DNA of 64,000 nucleotides from Bacteroidales bacterium (GCA_038213375.1 JBBQTB010000001.1:36785-100784); one strand, 5' to 3'; positions 1 through 9,973 are shown, counted from the first letter of the stretch. The notes: a model not told the origin generated them from the sequence alone. Translations and numbers: made by a program.

Positions 1-2049
1 TTCCACATCAAATGAACCCTCGTATGTATCAATTATTTTTAACCAGGAGCGGCCCCATCTTTCGTCGGGGATTTTATAAACAACCGTTTCGTAATGCGAG
101 TTAAACATGATGTAAAAACTATCGTCATTTATTTTTTCGCCTTTGTCTGTTAGTTCGTTTAATTCATCTCCGGATAGAAAAATGCCCAACGATTTAGCAT
201 ATGTTGTGCTCCAATGTTCATCGGTCATGGGATCACCTTCGGGTAAAAACCATTCAATGTCTGTTACTCCTTTTCCTTTTATTGATTTGTGCTGAAACCA
301 TTTTTTGCGGCAAAAAACAGGATGATGCGATCTGAAGTGTATTAATCTGGAAGTGAATTCAATTAATTTATCATCTTTAATTTTCCAATCTAACCACGAT
401 ATTTCATTATCCTGGCAATAGGCATTGTTATTTCCTTTTTGTGAGCGGCCTTGTTCATCGCCAGCTACCAACATAGGAACTCCCTGCGATAAAAATAAAG
501 TGGTTAAAAAGTTTCGTATTTGTTGTTTCCTCAATTTATTTATCTCTTCATTATCCGTTGGTCCTTCTGCACCACAATTCCACGACCGGTTATGATCCCC
601 GCCATCCTCATTGTTATCGCCATTTGCCTCGTTATGTTTATCATTATACGATACCAGATCCATAAGGGTAAAACCATCATGTGCTGTAATAAAATTGAGG
701 CTTGCCATAGGCGTACGAGAGTCACTTACGTACAAATCGGAACTTCCTGTAAAACGGTTAGCAAATTCAGGAAGCATTTCATTGTCACCTTTCCAGAATT
801 GACGCAGGCCATCGCGATATTTCGCATTCCACTCCATCCATCCTGCAGGAAAATTTCCAACCTGAAAACCATTTTCACCTACATCCCAAGGTTCGGCAAT
901 TAATTTAACCTGCGACAAAATTGGATCCTGATGTAATATATCAAAAAACGAACCCCATTTATCCACATCATCGAACTCACGTGCCAGAGCGGTAGCCTCA
1001 TCAAACCGGAATCCATCAACATGCATTTCGGTAACCCAATACCGGAGGCTATCCATTATAAGTCTGAGTGTTGTGGGATGCACGGTATTCAAGGTATTTC
1101 CTGTACCGGTATAATCCATATAATATCTTTTATCTTCACCAGTTAAGCGGTAATATGAAATATTGTCTATTCCACGAAAACTTAACGTGGGTCCCTGATG
1201 ATTACCTTCGGCAGTATGGTTATAAACTACATCGAGAATAACTTCGATACCTGCTGCATGTAAGGTTTTCACCATTTCCTTAAACTCCTTAACCTGTTCA
1301 CCTGATTTTCCAGAACTTGAGTATGTTACATCAGGGGCAAAATAGCCAATGGTATTATAGCCCCAATAATTTGTAAGGCCTTTGTCAATTAAATAACCGT
1401 CGGCAACAAATTGATGAACAGGCAGCAATTCTATTGCACTAATGCCCAACGATTGAAAATATTTAACCGATTCAGGGTGAGAAATTCCGGCATAGGTGCT
1501 TTTTATATTGTCAGGTATATTTGGCGCTAAGTGCGTAAATCCTTTTGTATGCAGCTCATAAATAACTGTTTTATGCAAGGGGATATTTAATAGTCGATCG
1601 CCCTGCCAATCAAAAGCACTGTCAATGACTACAGATTTGGGTATATAAGCTGCGCTGTCTTTTTCACTAAAGGACAAATCTCCATCTTTATCGTTTAGTA
1701 CATATCCAAAGATAGCTTCGTTCCATTCAATCTCCCCATTAATTGCCTTAGCATATGGGTCGATAAGTAATTTATTCGGATTAAAACGATATCCATTATG
1801 GGGTTCATATGGTCCATATACCCGATAACCATATTGTTGCCCCGGTTTTAAACCAGGGATATATACATGCCAACTACCATGCGTTCTCTCGTTAACACTT
1901 ATTCGTGTTTCCTTTCCCTTAAGATCAAAAAAACATAATTCAACTTTTTCGGCATTTTGTGAAAATAGTGAAAAATTGACACCTTTTCCATCATAGGTTG
2001 CTCCCAACGGGTATGGATTTCCAGGCCACGTTATTATTTTATCCGCCAT
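1..2049 (-). CDS. glgX: Glycogen debranching enzyme (GH13 isoamylase); 3' end runs off the window
   Basis: Not in the ORF track because it is open at the edge. Manual translation from the ATG at 2049 gives MADKIITWPGNPYPLGATYDGKGVNFSLFS, then NYWGYNTIGYFAP, DVVYNHTAEGN, DYTGTGNT, VDGFRFDEA and QGQGNNNAYCQDN motifs. Confidence 0.95.
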   Translation of the reverse strand, partial: MADKIITWPGNPYPLGATYDGKGVNFSLFSQNAEKVELCFFDLKGKETRISVNERTHGSWHVYIPGLKPGQQYGYRVYGPYEPHNGYRFNPNKLLIDPYAKAINGEIEWNEAIFGYVLNDKDGDLSFSEKDSAAYIPKSVVIDSAFDWQGDRLLNIPLHKTVIYELHTKGFTHLAPNIPDNIKSTYAGISHPESVKYFQSLGISAIELLPVHQFVADGYLIDKGLTNYWGYNTIGYFAPDVTYSSSGKSGEQVKEFKEMVKTLHAAGIEVILDVVYNHTAEGNHQGPTLSFRGIDNISYYRLTGEDKRYYMDYTGTGNTLNTVHPTTLRLIMDSLRYWVTEMHVDGFRFDEATALAREFDDVDKWGSFFDILHQDPILSQVKLIAEPWDVGENGFQVGNFPAGWMEWNAKYRDGLRQFWKGDNEMLPEFANRFTGSSDLYVSDSRTPMASLNFITAHDGFTLMDLVSYNDKHNEANGDNNEDGGDHNRSWNCGAEGPTDNEEINKLRKQQIRNFLTTLFLSQGVPMLVAGDEQGRSQKGNNNAYCQDNEISWLDWKIKDDKLIEFTSRLIHFRSHHPVFCRKKWFQHKSIKGKGVTDIEWFLPEGDPMTDEHWSTTYAKSLGIFLSGDELNELTDKGEKINDDSFYIMFNSHYETVVYKIPDERWGRSWLKIIDTYEGSFDVE

Positions 2050-2085
2050 AAATTCTGTTTAAATAAGTGCAATTGGTTTTTATGA

Positions 2086-2151
2086 CAAAATTGCGACCCT
2101 AAATTTTAACAATTATTACACAATCATTTAAATAACTTATATAATTTCCAC
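2086..2151 (-). promoter_or_regulatory. Stress-regulon promoter for glgX (tandem ATRTAA boxes plus -7 element)
   Basis: Minus strand reads GTGGAAATT-ATATAA-N15-GTGTAA-N22-CAATTTTG. Confidence 0.75.
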
Positions 2152-2198
2152 ACTTTTTCTCTTGTATCGTATGAGTAAAATTGAAAACCTTTAAAGTA

Positions 2199-2264
2199 GT
2201 GGAAATGATATAAATTATTTAAAATCAAGTGTAACATTTTACAATTGATAGCATACCACCTTTG
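2199..2264 (+). promoter_or_regulatory. Stress-regulon promoter for the DUF748 gene
   Basis: GTGGAAATG-ATATAA-N15-GTGTAA-N22-CACCTTTG. Confidence 0.75.
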
Positions 2265-2295
2265 TTATGATTTTCGATGCTCAATATCTGCGTAA

Positions 2296-4659
2296 ATGAC
2301 AAGATTTTTAAATACAAGGCTTAAAAAAGTTTCTTTTATTGTAATTGGATTCATAATCGTTACAGTAATAGTAGTTATTTTAATGCTGTCACCCATCACA
2401 AAATACTTGATTGAGAAGTATGATGTAAAATATACCGGAAGGCAAATTAAAACCGGTTTGGTTTATATAAATCCATTTACCGGTTATGTTTATCTTGGCA
2501 ATCTTAAAATTTACGAATCAAAAAGTGGACCCGATTCTACACAAAGGGATAGTGTTTTCTTTTCAGCAAAGGGGATAAGTATCAATTTATCGTTAACTAA
2601 ATTGTTCTCAAAAACAATAGAAATATCCGAATTCACATTAGATCAGCCAAATGGAATAATTATTCAAAACAAGAAGGATTTTAATTTTAATGATTTAGTT
2701 AAAAAATTCAGTTCCAAAAACTCAGTCCCGAAACAATCATCTTTTCATGTTAACATTCTTAATATAAAAATTAAAAATGGTGAATTCTATTATCATGAAA
2801 AAGAAATACCTATAAACTATTCTGTAAAAAATGTCAATTTTGAAAGTCCAGGCAAGTATTGGAACGCTGACACCATGGCTGTAAAATTTTCCTTCTTATC
2901 CGGAACGGGCAGCGGTAGTGTCAATGGCAATATTACAGTTGACCTTAAAAATCTTGATTATCAGCTTGCTATTGTCATTCAAAAGTTTGATATGAAAATT
3001 ATTGAACAATACCTCAAAGATTTAGCTAATTATGGTCACTTTAGTGCAAAATTGGATGCAAATATGCAATCAAAAGGTAATTTTAATGATGTAGAACGTG
3101 TTACAAATTCAGGTTTGTTGGAAATTAGCGATTTTCATTTCGGCAAAGATTCAGCTACGGATTATGCTTCGTTTGATAAACTTGCCATAGCCATTAATGA
3201 GCTTAGCCCACGGAAGCATATTTATTTTTACGATTCAATCTCGCTCAGTCATCCACATATAAAATATGAGCTTTATGATTATTTAGATAATTTTCAAAGG
3301 ATGTTTGGAAAAAAAGGAGCCAACATTTCGGCAGTTAAAGACGACCCTGCAAAATTCAATCTTATTCTTAAAATTGCTGATTATATTAAAACAATTGGCA
3401 AGAATTTTTTGAAGAGTGATTTCAAAATTAATCGACTGGCAATTTACAATGGTGTTTTAAAATTTAACGACTTCTCTCTGAATGAAAAATTTTCGATGGA
3501 AGCCAATCCTCTCAATATATTTGCCGATTCCATTGATAAGCATCGTAAACAGGTGGGGATAATGCTTAAATCCGGTATTCAACCATACGGAAATATTATG
3601 ATTGCTCTTAAAATAAATCCAAGAGACAGCAACGATTTCGACATACAATATCGACTTCAAAATTTACCCCTTTCTTTATTTAATCCCTACCTAATAACCT
3701 ATACGTCATTTCCGGTGGACAGGGGTAGCATAGAATTCAATGGTAATTGGAATGTGAGAAATGGAATGATAAAGAGCGATAACCACCTGTTAGTAATAGA
3801 CCCGCGTGTAGGTAGACGGTTAAAAAATAAATTTACAAAATGGATTCCCTTACGCCTTGTTATGCTTTTTGTTCGCGAACGTGGCAATGTTATTGATTAT
3901 CAAATTCCGGTAACCGGAAACTTAAAAGATCCCAAATTTCATTTGCATGATGTAATCTTTCATACGCTGAAAAACATTTTTGTTAAGCCAGTGGCAACGC
4001 CTTACATAGCGCGCGTGAAAACTACAGAAAATGAAATTGAGAAATCCCTCACTTTAAAATGGAAAATAAGACAAGCCACAATGGAGCGCAATCAGGAAAA
4101 GTTTACGAATAAAATGGCGGATTTTCTAAAAAATAACCATGATGCTTCTATTGTTGTTTATCCCATACAGTATGCCGAAAAAGAAAAAGAAAACATCCTG
4201 TTTTTTGAAGCGAAGAAAAAATATTTTTTGGTTTCCAACAAGATACAAACGATAAGTAAAGATGATTCCATAAAGGTGGATAAAATGTCAGTAAAGGATT
4301 CTCTATTTGTGAAGTATCTTAACAAACATCTTAAAGATTCGATGCTTTTTACCATTCAGGAAAAATGCGTTAAATTTATTGGTTCTGGTATTGTGAATGG
4401 TAAATTCAAACAATTAAACGACGAAAGAAAAGCCGCCTTTATTCTTCATTTTAAGAAAAAGGCTGTTGAAAATCGTGTAAAAATTCATACTGCTTTAAAT
4501 ACCATCCCATATAACGGATTTTCGTTTTTTAAAATAGATTACAATGGTGAATTTCCGAAATCCTTAATTAATGCTTATCAGCAAATGAATGAATTAAATA
4601 ATGAGGCTCCCAGAAAAGCGTTTAAAAAGGAGCGAGATAAAAATGAAAAAATTCTCTAA
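2296..4659 (+). CDS. DUF748 domain-containing (AsmA-like) envelope protein
   Basis: 787 aa with an N-terminal membrane anchor, INPFTG, a beta-rich body and an 'IPVTGNLKDPKF' motif typical of DUF748. Confidence 0.75.
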   Translation: MTRFLNTRLKKVSFIVIGFIIVTVIVVILMLSPITKYLIEKYDVKYTGRQIKTGLVYINPFTGYVYLGNLKIYESKSGPDSTQRDSVFFSAKGISINLSLTKLFSKTIEISEFTLDQPNGIIIQNKKDFNFNDLVKKFSSKNSVPKQSSFHVNILNIKIKNGEFYYHEKEIPINYSVKNVNFESPGKYWNADTMAVKFSFLSGTGSGSVNGNITVDLKNLDYQLAIVIQKFDMKIIEQYLKDLANYGHFSAKLDANMQSKGNFNDVERVTNSGLLEISDFHFGKDSATDYASFDKLAIAINELSPRKHIYFYDSISLSHPHIKYELYDYLDNFQRMFGKKGANISAVKDDPAKFNLILKIADYIKTIGKNFLKSDFKINRLAIYNGVLKFNDFSLNEKFSMEANPLNIFADSIDKHRKQVGIMLKSGIQPYGNIMIALKINPRDSNDFDIQYRLQNLPLSLFNPYLITYTSFPVDRGSIEFNGNWNVRNGMIKSDNHLLVIDPRVGRRLKNKFTKWIPLRLVMLFVRERGNVIDYQIPVTGNLKDPKFHLHDVIFHTLKNIFVKPVATPYIARVKTTENEIEKSLTLKWKIRQATMERNQEKFTNKMADFLKNNHDASIVVYPIQYAEKEKENILFFEAKKKYFLVSNKIQTISKDDSIKVDKMSVKDSLFVKYLNKHLKDSMLFTIQEKCVKFIGSGIVNGKFKQLNDERKAAFILHFKKKAVENRVKIHTALNTIPYNGFSFFKIDYNGEFPKSLINAYQQMNELNNEAPRKAFKKERDKNEKIL

Positions 4660-4749
4660 AAATTTTCATCTCCAAATCAATTGATTATTCCAAGTTAAAA
4701 TAATAAAACAATAGCCTAGATAAATCCTAAAGTAGCACAAGGCTACAAA

Positions 4750-4822
4750 TAATTTTTTTTAACAATTATTTCAGTCATTTTATTTATTTATTCATTACTG
4801 CATTCGTGGCGTGTTTTCCTTT
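4750..4822. repeat. Dispersed repeat (GCATTCGTGGC family), degenerate/half copy
   Basis: TTCAGTCATTTT...TGCATTCGTGGCGTGTTTT also occurs at about 44800-44850; the core matches the arms of the palindromes at 7856 and 48694. Confidence 0.65.
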
Positions 4823-4859
4823 ACTACAATTGAGGATTTTCAATTGTATTTCAATTGTA

Positions 4860-6647
4860 TTACGCCGGAAGAAAAACGGTAAAAGTAGCACCAATGCCGG
4901 GTTTACCATTTGCAGTAATATACCCATTGTGGTTTTCAACAATTTTTTTGCAAATTGATAGTCCGATGCCTGAACCAGGGTATTCTGTTTTATGAGGCAA
5001 CCGGTGAAACAGAATAAAAATGTCTTCGGCATATTGTTGGTCAAAACCCAATCCGTTATCCGTTATCGAAATTTTGAAATATATTTTATTATTATCTTTC
5101 TTAACAATCGGATAATCTTTGGCTGTAATTTTTATGCACTCAATATTTATTATCGGAAAAATATCTGGGTTGCAATATTTTAACGAATTGCCAATTAAGT
5201 TTGCAAATAATTGCTGAATTTGAAATGGAATCACTTCCAGAAAAGGCAACTGAGTAAATTGTATAACAGCATTTTTCTCTTCAATAGTGTGAGCTAATTC
5301 TTGTTTCACGTTTTCAAGTAAAAGATTACAATCGGTTTTCGCAAAAACCTTGTCGGTTTTATTGGTATGCGAAAATAAGAGCAAGTCGTCTATGAGTTTT
5401 CGCATGCGAATTGCAGATGCTATAATTTTTTCAAAATATTCTTTACCAGTTTCCGACAGGGTGAATGCTTCTTTTTCAGAAATACGCGAAATGAATGTCT
5501 GTATTTTTCGTAATGGTTCCTGTAAATCGTGACTTGCTACACGGTTAAAGGATTCTAATTCCTTAATAATTTGTTCTAATTCCTGATTTTTTTCTTCTAA
5601 TGCTTTAGTATTTAAATTGTATTCCGTAACATCTTTTATAACTCCAATATAAATTTTATTTTTTTTATTGAATGAAAGATATTTACCTAAGGATTTGAAA
5701 TAACGCAATTCTCCATCTTTGCGGATGATCCTGTATAAGCGAGGATATGTTTTATTAATTTTTACGTCTTCTGCTCCATTGGCTACAATACTCCTATCAT
5801 CAGGGTGTACAAATTTTAAATAATTTTCAATTGAAGGTTCAAACGATTGTGGTTCGTAACCTAATAAACGGTATAAGTTATCAGAATACAATAACTTATT
5901 GGTTTTTAAATCCCATTGAGAGATGCAAAATTCGCCAATAATTTCTGCATGTTTCATTGATTCTATCGATATCATTAATTGCTCATTTGATTGTGTTAAC
6001 ATAAATAAATCCGTGGTAATTTTGACATAAGAAATGATGAAAATCGCCAATGTAAAAAGCAAAAGCATTAACGTAAAAAGCGGGGTAAATGAAATTTCGT
6101 GTTTGTATTTTTTTTGATTTTGGTTAAAATGTTCCGTTTCCAAATCATTCATTTTTGAGATGAAGGAGCGTATCGAGTCCATTACCATTTTGCCTTTCAT
6201 CAAATTTTTATCTAACATCTTAGTATTTATAACTGGATTAGAATTTATTTCTAACGTTTTCTCCAATAGAGCATATCTATAATTGATTAAATGAAATAAT
6301 GTATCTAACTGCTTTTGTTGCTGTATATTTTCATTTAATAGAGTTTTTAAACCGTTGAATACCTGGTTTACCTTTTCGCGACCCGAATTATAAGGTTGAA
6401 GAAATAAAGTATCTTTTGAAATAATAAAGCCGCGTTGGCCTGTTTCTGCATCTTTAAGATAGGAGAGTAGTTTCTCTAAATGAATCTGAATTTTATATGA
6501 ATGAACTAATAAATCAGATGATTCACTAAGAGAAATAGTGTGCTTGTAAGATACACTTGAAATAAAAACTAATACAAACAATGCTATCACAAAAATACTC
6601 TTAAGTAAAAAAGGACTTTTGAAAATGAACATGCCTTTCATAAACAC
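4860..6647 (-). CDS. Sensor histidine kinase, CHASE3-PAS-HisKA-HATPase
   Basis: DAETGQRGF (CHASE3), VHPDD (PAS), SHDLQEPLRKI H-box, N box NLIGNSLKY, DNGLGF and GSGIGL G boxes. Confidence 0.93.
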   Translation of the reverse strand: MFMKGMFIFKSPFLLKSIFVIALFVLVFISSVSYKHTISLSESSDLLVHSYKIQIHLEKLLSYLKDAETGQRGFIISKDTLFLQPYNSGREKVNQVFNGLKTLLNENIQQQKQLDTLFHLINYRYALLEKTLEINSNPVINTKMLDKNLMKGKMVMDSIRSFISKMNDLETEHFNQNQKKYKHEISFTPLFTLMLLLFTLAIFIISYVKITTDLFMLTQSNEQLMISIESMKHAEIIGEFCISQWDLKTNKLLYSDNLYRLLGYEPQSFEPSIENYLKFVHPDDRSIVANGAEDVKINKTYPRLYRIIRKDGELRYFKSLGKYLSFNKKNKIYIGVIKDVTEYNLNTKALEEKNQELEQIIKELESFNRVASHDLQEPLRKIQTFISRISEKEAFTLSETGKEYFEKIIASAIRMRKLIDDLLLFSHTNKTDKVFAKTDCNLLLENVKQELAHTIEEKNAVIQFTQLPFLEVIPFQIQQLFANLIGNSLKYCNPDIFPIINIECIKITAKDYPIVKKDNNKIYFKISITDNGLGFDQQYAEDIFILFHRLPHKTEYPGSGIGLSICKKIVENHNGYITANGKPGIGATFTVFLPA

Positions 6648-6656
6648 GTTATTGAA

Positions 6657-7103
6657 TTAACGACTAAGTATAAATGTATCTTTGTTGAGACCAGATAAAT
6701 GGTATTGCCAATTAATAGCAACGACTTCTTGTAATATTTTTTTTAGAGCGCTAAAATCGCTTGGTTTTTTTATATAAACATTAGCCCCTTTAACAAACGT
6801 TTCCTCAATATCTTCTTCAGAAGCGGACGTCGAATAAATAGCAACCGGAATTTCCTTTAAAAAGTCGTTTCGTTTGATATCCAATAAACAATCCATACCA
6901 TTTTTACGAGGCATGTTTAGGTCAAGAAAAATAATATGAGGCAGAATCACGCCTTGTTTCGTAAGGTGTTCCATTAATTCTACCCCATCACATAAAGTTT
7001 TAACAATAGTCTTGATTTTTATTTCTTCAAAAGCTTCTTTAAAAAAAATTCTGTCATCCTCATCGTCATCGGCAATTAAAATTTGCATTATTCCGTTTTG
7101 CAT
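6657..7103 (-). CDS. Single-domain response regulator (receiver only)
   Basis: ILIADDD, FLDLNMP, STS and YIKKP motifs; no output domain. Confidence 0.93.
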   Translation of the reverse strand: MQNGIMQILIADDDEDDRIFFKEAFEEIKIKTIVKTLCDGVELMEHLTKQGVILPHIIFLDLNMPRKNGMDCLLDIKRNDFLKEIPVAIYSTSASEEDIEETFVKGANVYIKKPSDFSALKKILQEVVAINWQYHLSGLNKDTFILSR

Positions 7104-7124
7104 TGGTTTTATATATGTGGTTGG

Positions 7125-7685
7125 TTATTTCACGTCATCGGGTTTTCTTCTTTTATTAATAATTCGTTGGAAGGCAGTAGGAGTGAGCCCCGTTACATTC
7201 TTAAACTGATTGCTAAAATGGGCGAGGCTACTATAGTTTAATTTATCGGCAATTTCAGTAATGGTTAATTCATTAGAAATGATTAACTTTTTCGCACGCT
7301 CGGTCTTTTGAAGTGCTATGAAATTTTCGACTGTAGTATATGTAATATCTGAAAATAATTTAGAGATATAACCATACTTATAGTTAAGTTTATCAGCGAT
7401 ATACAAAGATATTTTTGAAATGGGTAATTTATCTTCCATATAAACCATTTCTGTTATCACATCTTTTATTTTTTGAACCAAAATACTTTTGTGACTTTCA
7501 ACAATTTCAATACCATAACTATTTAAGGTGATATTCAGTTGCTGTAAATTTTCGTTGGAAAAAGTTTCTTGTATTTCAACTTCGCCCAAAGACGATAGGG
7601 AATAGGTAAGGTTATATTTATCTAACTGTTCCTGAACTATTTTTTTACAAAGTGTGTGTGTGTCATATTTAAGGTAAAGCTTCAT
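7125..7685 (-). CDS. AraC-family transcriptional regulator
   Basis: C-terminal TITEIADKLNYSSLAHFSNQFKNVTGLTPTAF double-HTH signature and a short Cys-containing N-terminal domain. Confidence 0.92.
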   Translation of the reverse strand: MKLYLKYDTHTLCKKIVQEQLDKYNLTYSLSSLGEVEIQETFSNENLQQLNITLNSYGIEIVESHKSILVQKIKDVITEMVYMEDKLPISKISLYIADKLNYKYGYISKLFSDITYTTVENFIALQKTERAKKLIISNELTITEIADKLNYSSLAHFSNQFKNVTGLTPTAFQRIINKRRKPDDVK

Positions 7686-7855
7686 TGATTAATACTATTT
7701 AGAAATACTTTTATAAGCTATAAACTTATTGTAGTTTGTTATAACACTATAATTATATGGTAAACAAAGATATTTTTATTTTGTTCAAGGCAATTATTGC
7801 CAATACATCCAAAGTGCGTTAATTCTTAAGATAGGACAACACTAAAATCAAAAAA

Positions 7856-7904
7856 AATGAGCCACAAATGCACAAATAATTTATTTGTGCATTTGTGGCT
7901 CATT
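7856..7904. repeat. Perfect 24-bp inverted repeat (REP-like palindrome)
   Basis: AATGAGCCACAAATGCACAAATAA-T-TTATTTGTGCATTTGTGGCTCATT. Confidence 0.9.
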
Positions 7905-7980
7905 AACAATATGTTTATAAATCAGGTCTTAGTGTATTTGGTGACTTGTAAATTTTTATAATAAGCTCTCAAATTCCCAA

Positions 7981-8157
7981 TTACCCATTAATAATTGCGC
8001 CACAATTAATATGAATGAATTGACCCGTAATGCAACTGGTATCATTACTTACTATAAATAAACTTTTACCACCCTTTCCGGATTTTAAAGTATTCTCTTT
8101 AAATTCGTGCATCACTTTCTCAATTTTCTTCTAAGCTTTATCTGAATATTTTGACAT
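7981..8157 (-). pseudogene. Deletion scar: 5' part of a DUF6496-like gene fused to the 3' end of an SDR oxidoreductase
   Basis: Manual translation MSKYSDKA*KKIEKVMHEFKENTLKSGKGGK-SLFIVSNDTSCITGQFIHINCGAIING*; in-frame TAG at 8131-8133. Confidence 0.7.
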
Positions 8158-8205
8158 ATTGTAATTTTTATTACCAATTTATTTAAAAATTAACGCTATC
8201 CCGTA

Positions 8206-8373
8206 TCACTTTTTAAAAATTGTAAATCCAAGAATACCCGTTATAACCACCAAAACTAGAAAAGTGAAGAATATTATTTTAGCGATAGCAGCGGCTCCTT
8301 CAGCTATACCCGTAAAACCAAAGATTGCAGCTATTATAGCAATTACAAAGAAAATTACAGTCCATTTTAACAT
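8206..8373 (-). CDS. DUF1328 / UPF0391 small membrane protein (55 aa)
   Basis: Manual translation [36 protein letters not shown]...; below the ORF-track cutoff. Confidence 0.9.
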   Translation of the reverse strand: MLKWTVIFFVIAIIAAIFGFTGIAEGAAAIAKIIFFTFLVLVVITGILGFTIFKK

Positions 8374-8425
8374 TTGCTTTATTTTTTAGTTGTGAAATTG
8401 ATTTTTATTTGAGTCATTAACTCTC

Positions 8426-8491
8426 CAAAGTTAAACAAGAGCTGAAGAAATCGTATTACATTATTCCAAATTAAATTTATATAATTACCAT
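8426..8491 (-). promoter_or_regulatory. Stress-regulon promoter for the DUF1328 unit
   Basis: Minus strand reads ATGGTAATT-ATATAA-N15-ATGTAA-N22-TAACTTTG. Confidence 0.75.
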
Positions 8492-8696
8492 ATAATAGGA
8501 CAATTATCTATTATAAAAATCACTTCTAGCAGAGAAAAATTGAAGCAGAAACCATTGTATTTATCTATTATTGATTATTTTTTATCTTTTTGTTTTTTTC
8601 GGACGAAAAAATCTTAAGTACACCCTGTATGTTATGTTTTTTTAACGGATCGTTGAAAATTTATTATGCTAACACGAAACATAAGAAAATATAAAA

Positions 8697-8733
8697 GCAG
8701 GTTCTAAACCATAGAAAGTGGGTTAGAACCTGC
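8697..8733 (-). terminator. Stem-loop after the PA2169-family gene
   Basis: GCAGGTTCTAA...TTAGAACCTGC with a U-tract on the minus strand. Confidence 0.65.
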
Positions 8734-8740
8734 AATAAAA

Positions 8741-9202
8741 TTATGAAGTAGTTACAAGTGTATCGCGCATTGATTTAACTAAGTTGTGATCAGCTTTAAT
8801 TAACTCATATTGCGAGGTAATGAGCATTTTTAGTGGAGTATTCAAATCTTCAACATCATCTTTTAATGCTTTTTCATACGTTTTAAGCGCCTGATCTTCA
8901 CCAAATTCGCATAAGTTTAGAATGGTTTTACGATCTTTGCCAGTAAGGGCTGTTTTGACATCCATCCATACACGGAAAAATTTTCCAGTTGTTTTTGTAC
9001 TTTCCGTAGGTTTACCCCCTAATTTAATTATTTCACTTTCTAATTCGTTTTTGCATTTATTACTGGTTCTGGCAAATTGTGCAAAGAGTGTTTTCAACTC
9101 ATGTTCATCAGTTTCGCTGGAGGCTGTTACATAACCTTCAATTCTGTCGTTGTTTATTTCGACAAGTGTGTTTAACACATCAATTTTTTCTTCGTTTTTC
9201 AT
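8741..9202 (-). CDS. PA2169-family four-helix-bundle (DUF2383, ferritin-like) protein
   Basis: LNTLVEINNDRIEGY, GKFFRVWMDVK and CEFGEDQAL motifs. Confidence 0.88.
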   Translation of the reverse strand: MKNEEKIDVLNTLVEINNDRIEGYVTASSETDEHELKTLFAQFARTSNKCKNELESEIIKLGGKPTESTKTTGKFFRVWMDVKTALTGKDRKTILNLCEFGEDQALKTYEKALKDDVEDLNTPLKMLITSQYELIKADHNLVKSMRDTLVTTS

Positions 9203-9278
9203 ATCGTTGATTTTAATTTAAAATTAAATTTTTGTTTTACCACAAGCTTTTGAGTAAAATGTGTAATTATTAACGATT

Positions 9279-9344
9279 TAAAGATATGCCTGCTTTGAAA
9301 TAAAATCATTATATATAAAACAGAAAATATTACATCATTTCCAT
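9279..9344 (-). promoter_or_regulatory. Stress-regulon promoter for the PA2169-family gene
   Basis: Minus strand reads ATGGAAATG-ATGTAA-N15-ATATAA-N22-TATCTTTA. Confidence 0.72.
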
Positions 9345-9382
9345 ATACCTTCAAAATACAGGCTAATATATGCGTGGAAATT

Positions 9383-9836
9383 TCAATTAATTTCTTTGTT
9401 TATTTGAACAGAATATTCATTGGAAATTATTTTTTTACCTTGTACAATGTCATATATCTTAGTGAATTCGGCTCCAAAATTTAATATTATGGCAGAAAAA
9501 TACACCCAAGCCAGAATGAGAATAATCGAATCAACAGCTCCATAAACAGAAACCATACTATTACTTTTAAGATAAAGACCAATAGCAAATTTTCCAATCA
9601 TAAAGAAGGCAGTGAAGGCTGAACCAATAATGCCATCGCGAAGAGCGAAAGAAAATATAAAAAGGTATTTTGATGAAGTAAGTTAGTCAAACGTTTGCCA
9701 AGGATGTCAAGTAATGAATTTAAGATTTAGTTAGTGACTACATTACTGCGCCCAATTTGATGGCATTATCATCTATAAATCCATCAAAAGTCTCTTTAAA
9801 TAGATGATATCCAGTCTTTTTTAATGTTATTTTCAT
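9383..9836 (-). pseudogene. YihY/BrkB-family membrane protein, internally deleted
   Basis: N-terminal piece MKITLKKTGYHLFKETFDGFIDDNAIKLGAVM* from 9836 and C-terminal piece ...IGKFAIGLYL...WVYFSAIILNFGAEFTK; most of the central helices are missing. Confidence 0.8.
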
Positions 9837-9887
9837 TCCATGTATATATTCCCGTAGCGGCTGATATTATCTTATAAAAAAATATTA

Positions 9888-9950
9888 GCTTCTTACCGGC
9901 AAGTAAAACTTCGAAATGGCAAATTCAAGTAAATACTTGCGGCAAGAAGC
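9888..9950 (-). terminator. Imperfect stem-loop after the porin-family gene
   Basis: GCTTCTTACCGGCAAGTA...TACTTGCGGCAAGAAGC. Confidence 0.5.
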
Positions 9951-9973
9951 ATATCAAAAGCCCTTATTTGATA

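Noticed and set aside
520-903. ORF-track 127-aa ORF and similar short ORFs overlapping long genes
   Set aside because: They are antisense or off-frame shadows of glgX and other well-supported genes.
8131-8133. In-frame TAG suggesting stop-codon recoding
   Set aside because: It is a single case inside a deletion scar; intact genes here (e.g. 20215-21450, 23423-24409) use TAG as a normal stop.
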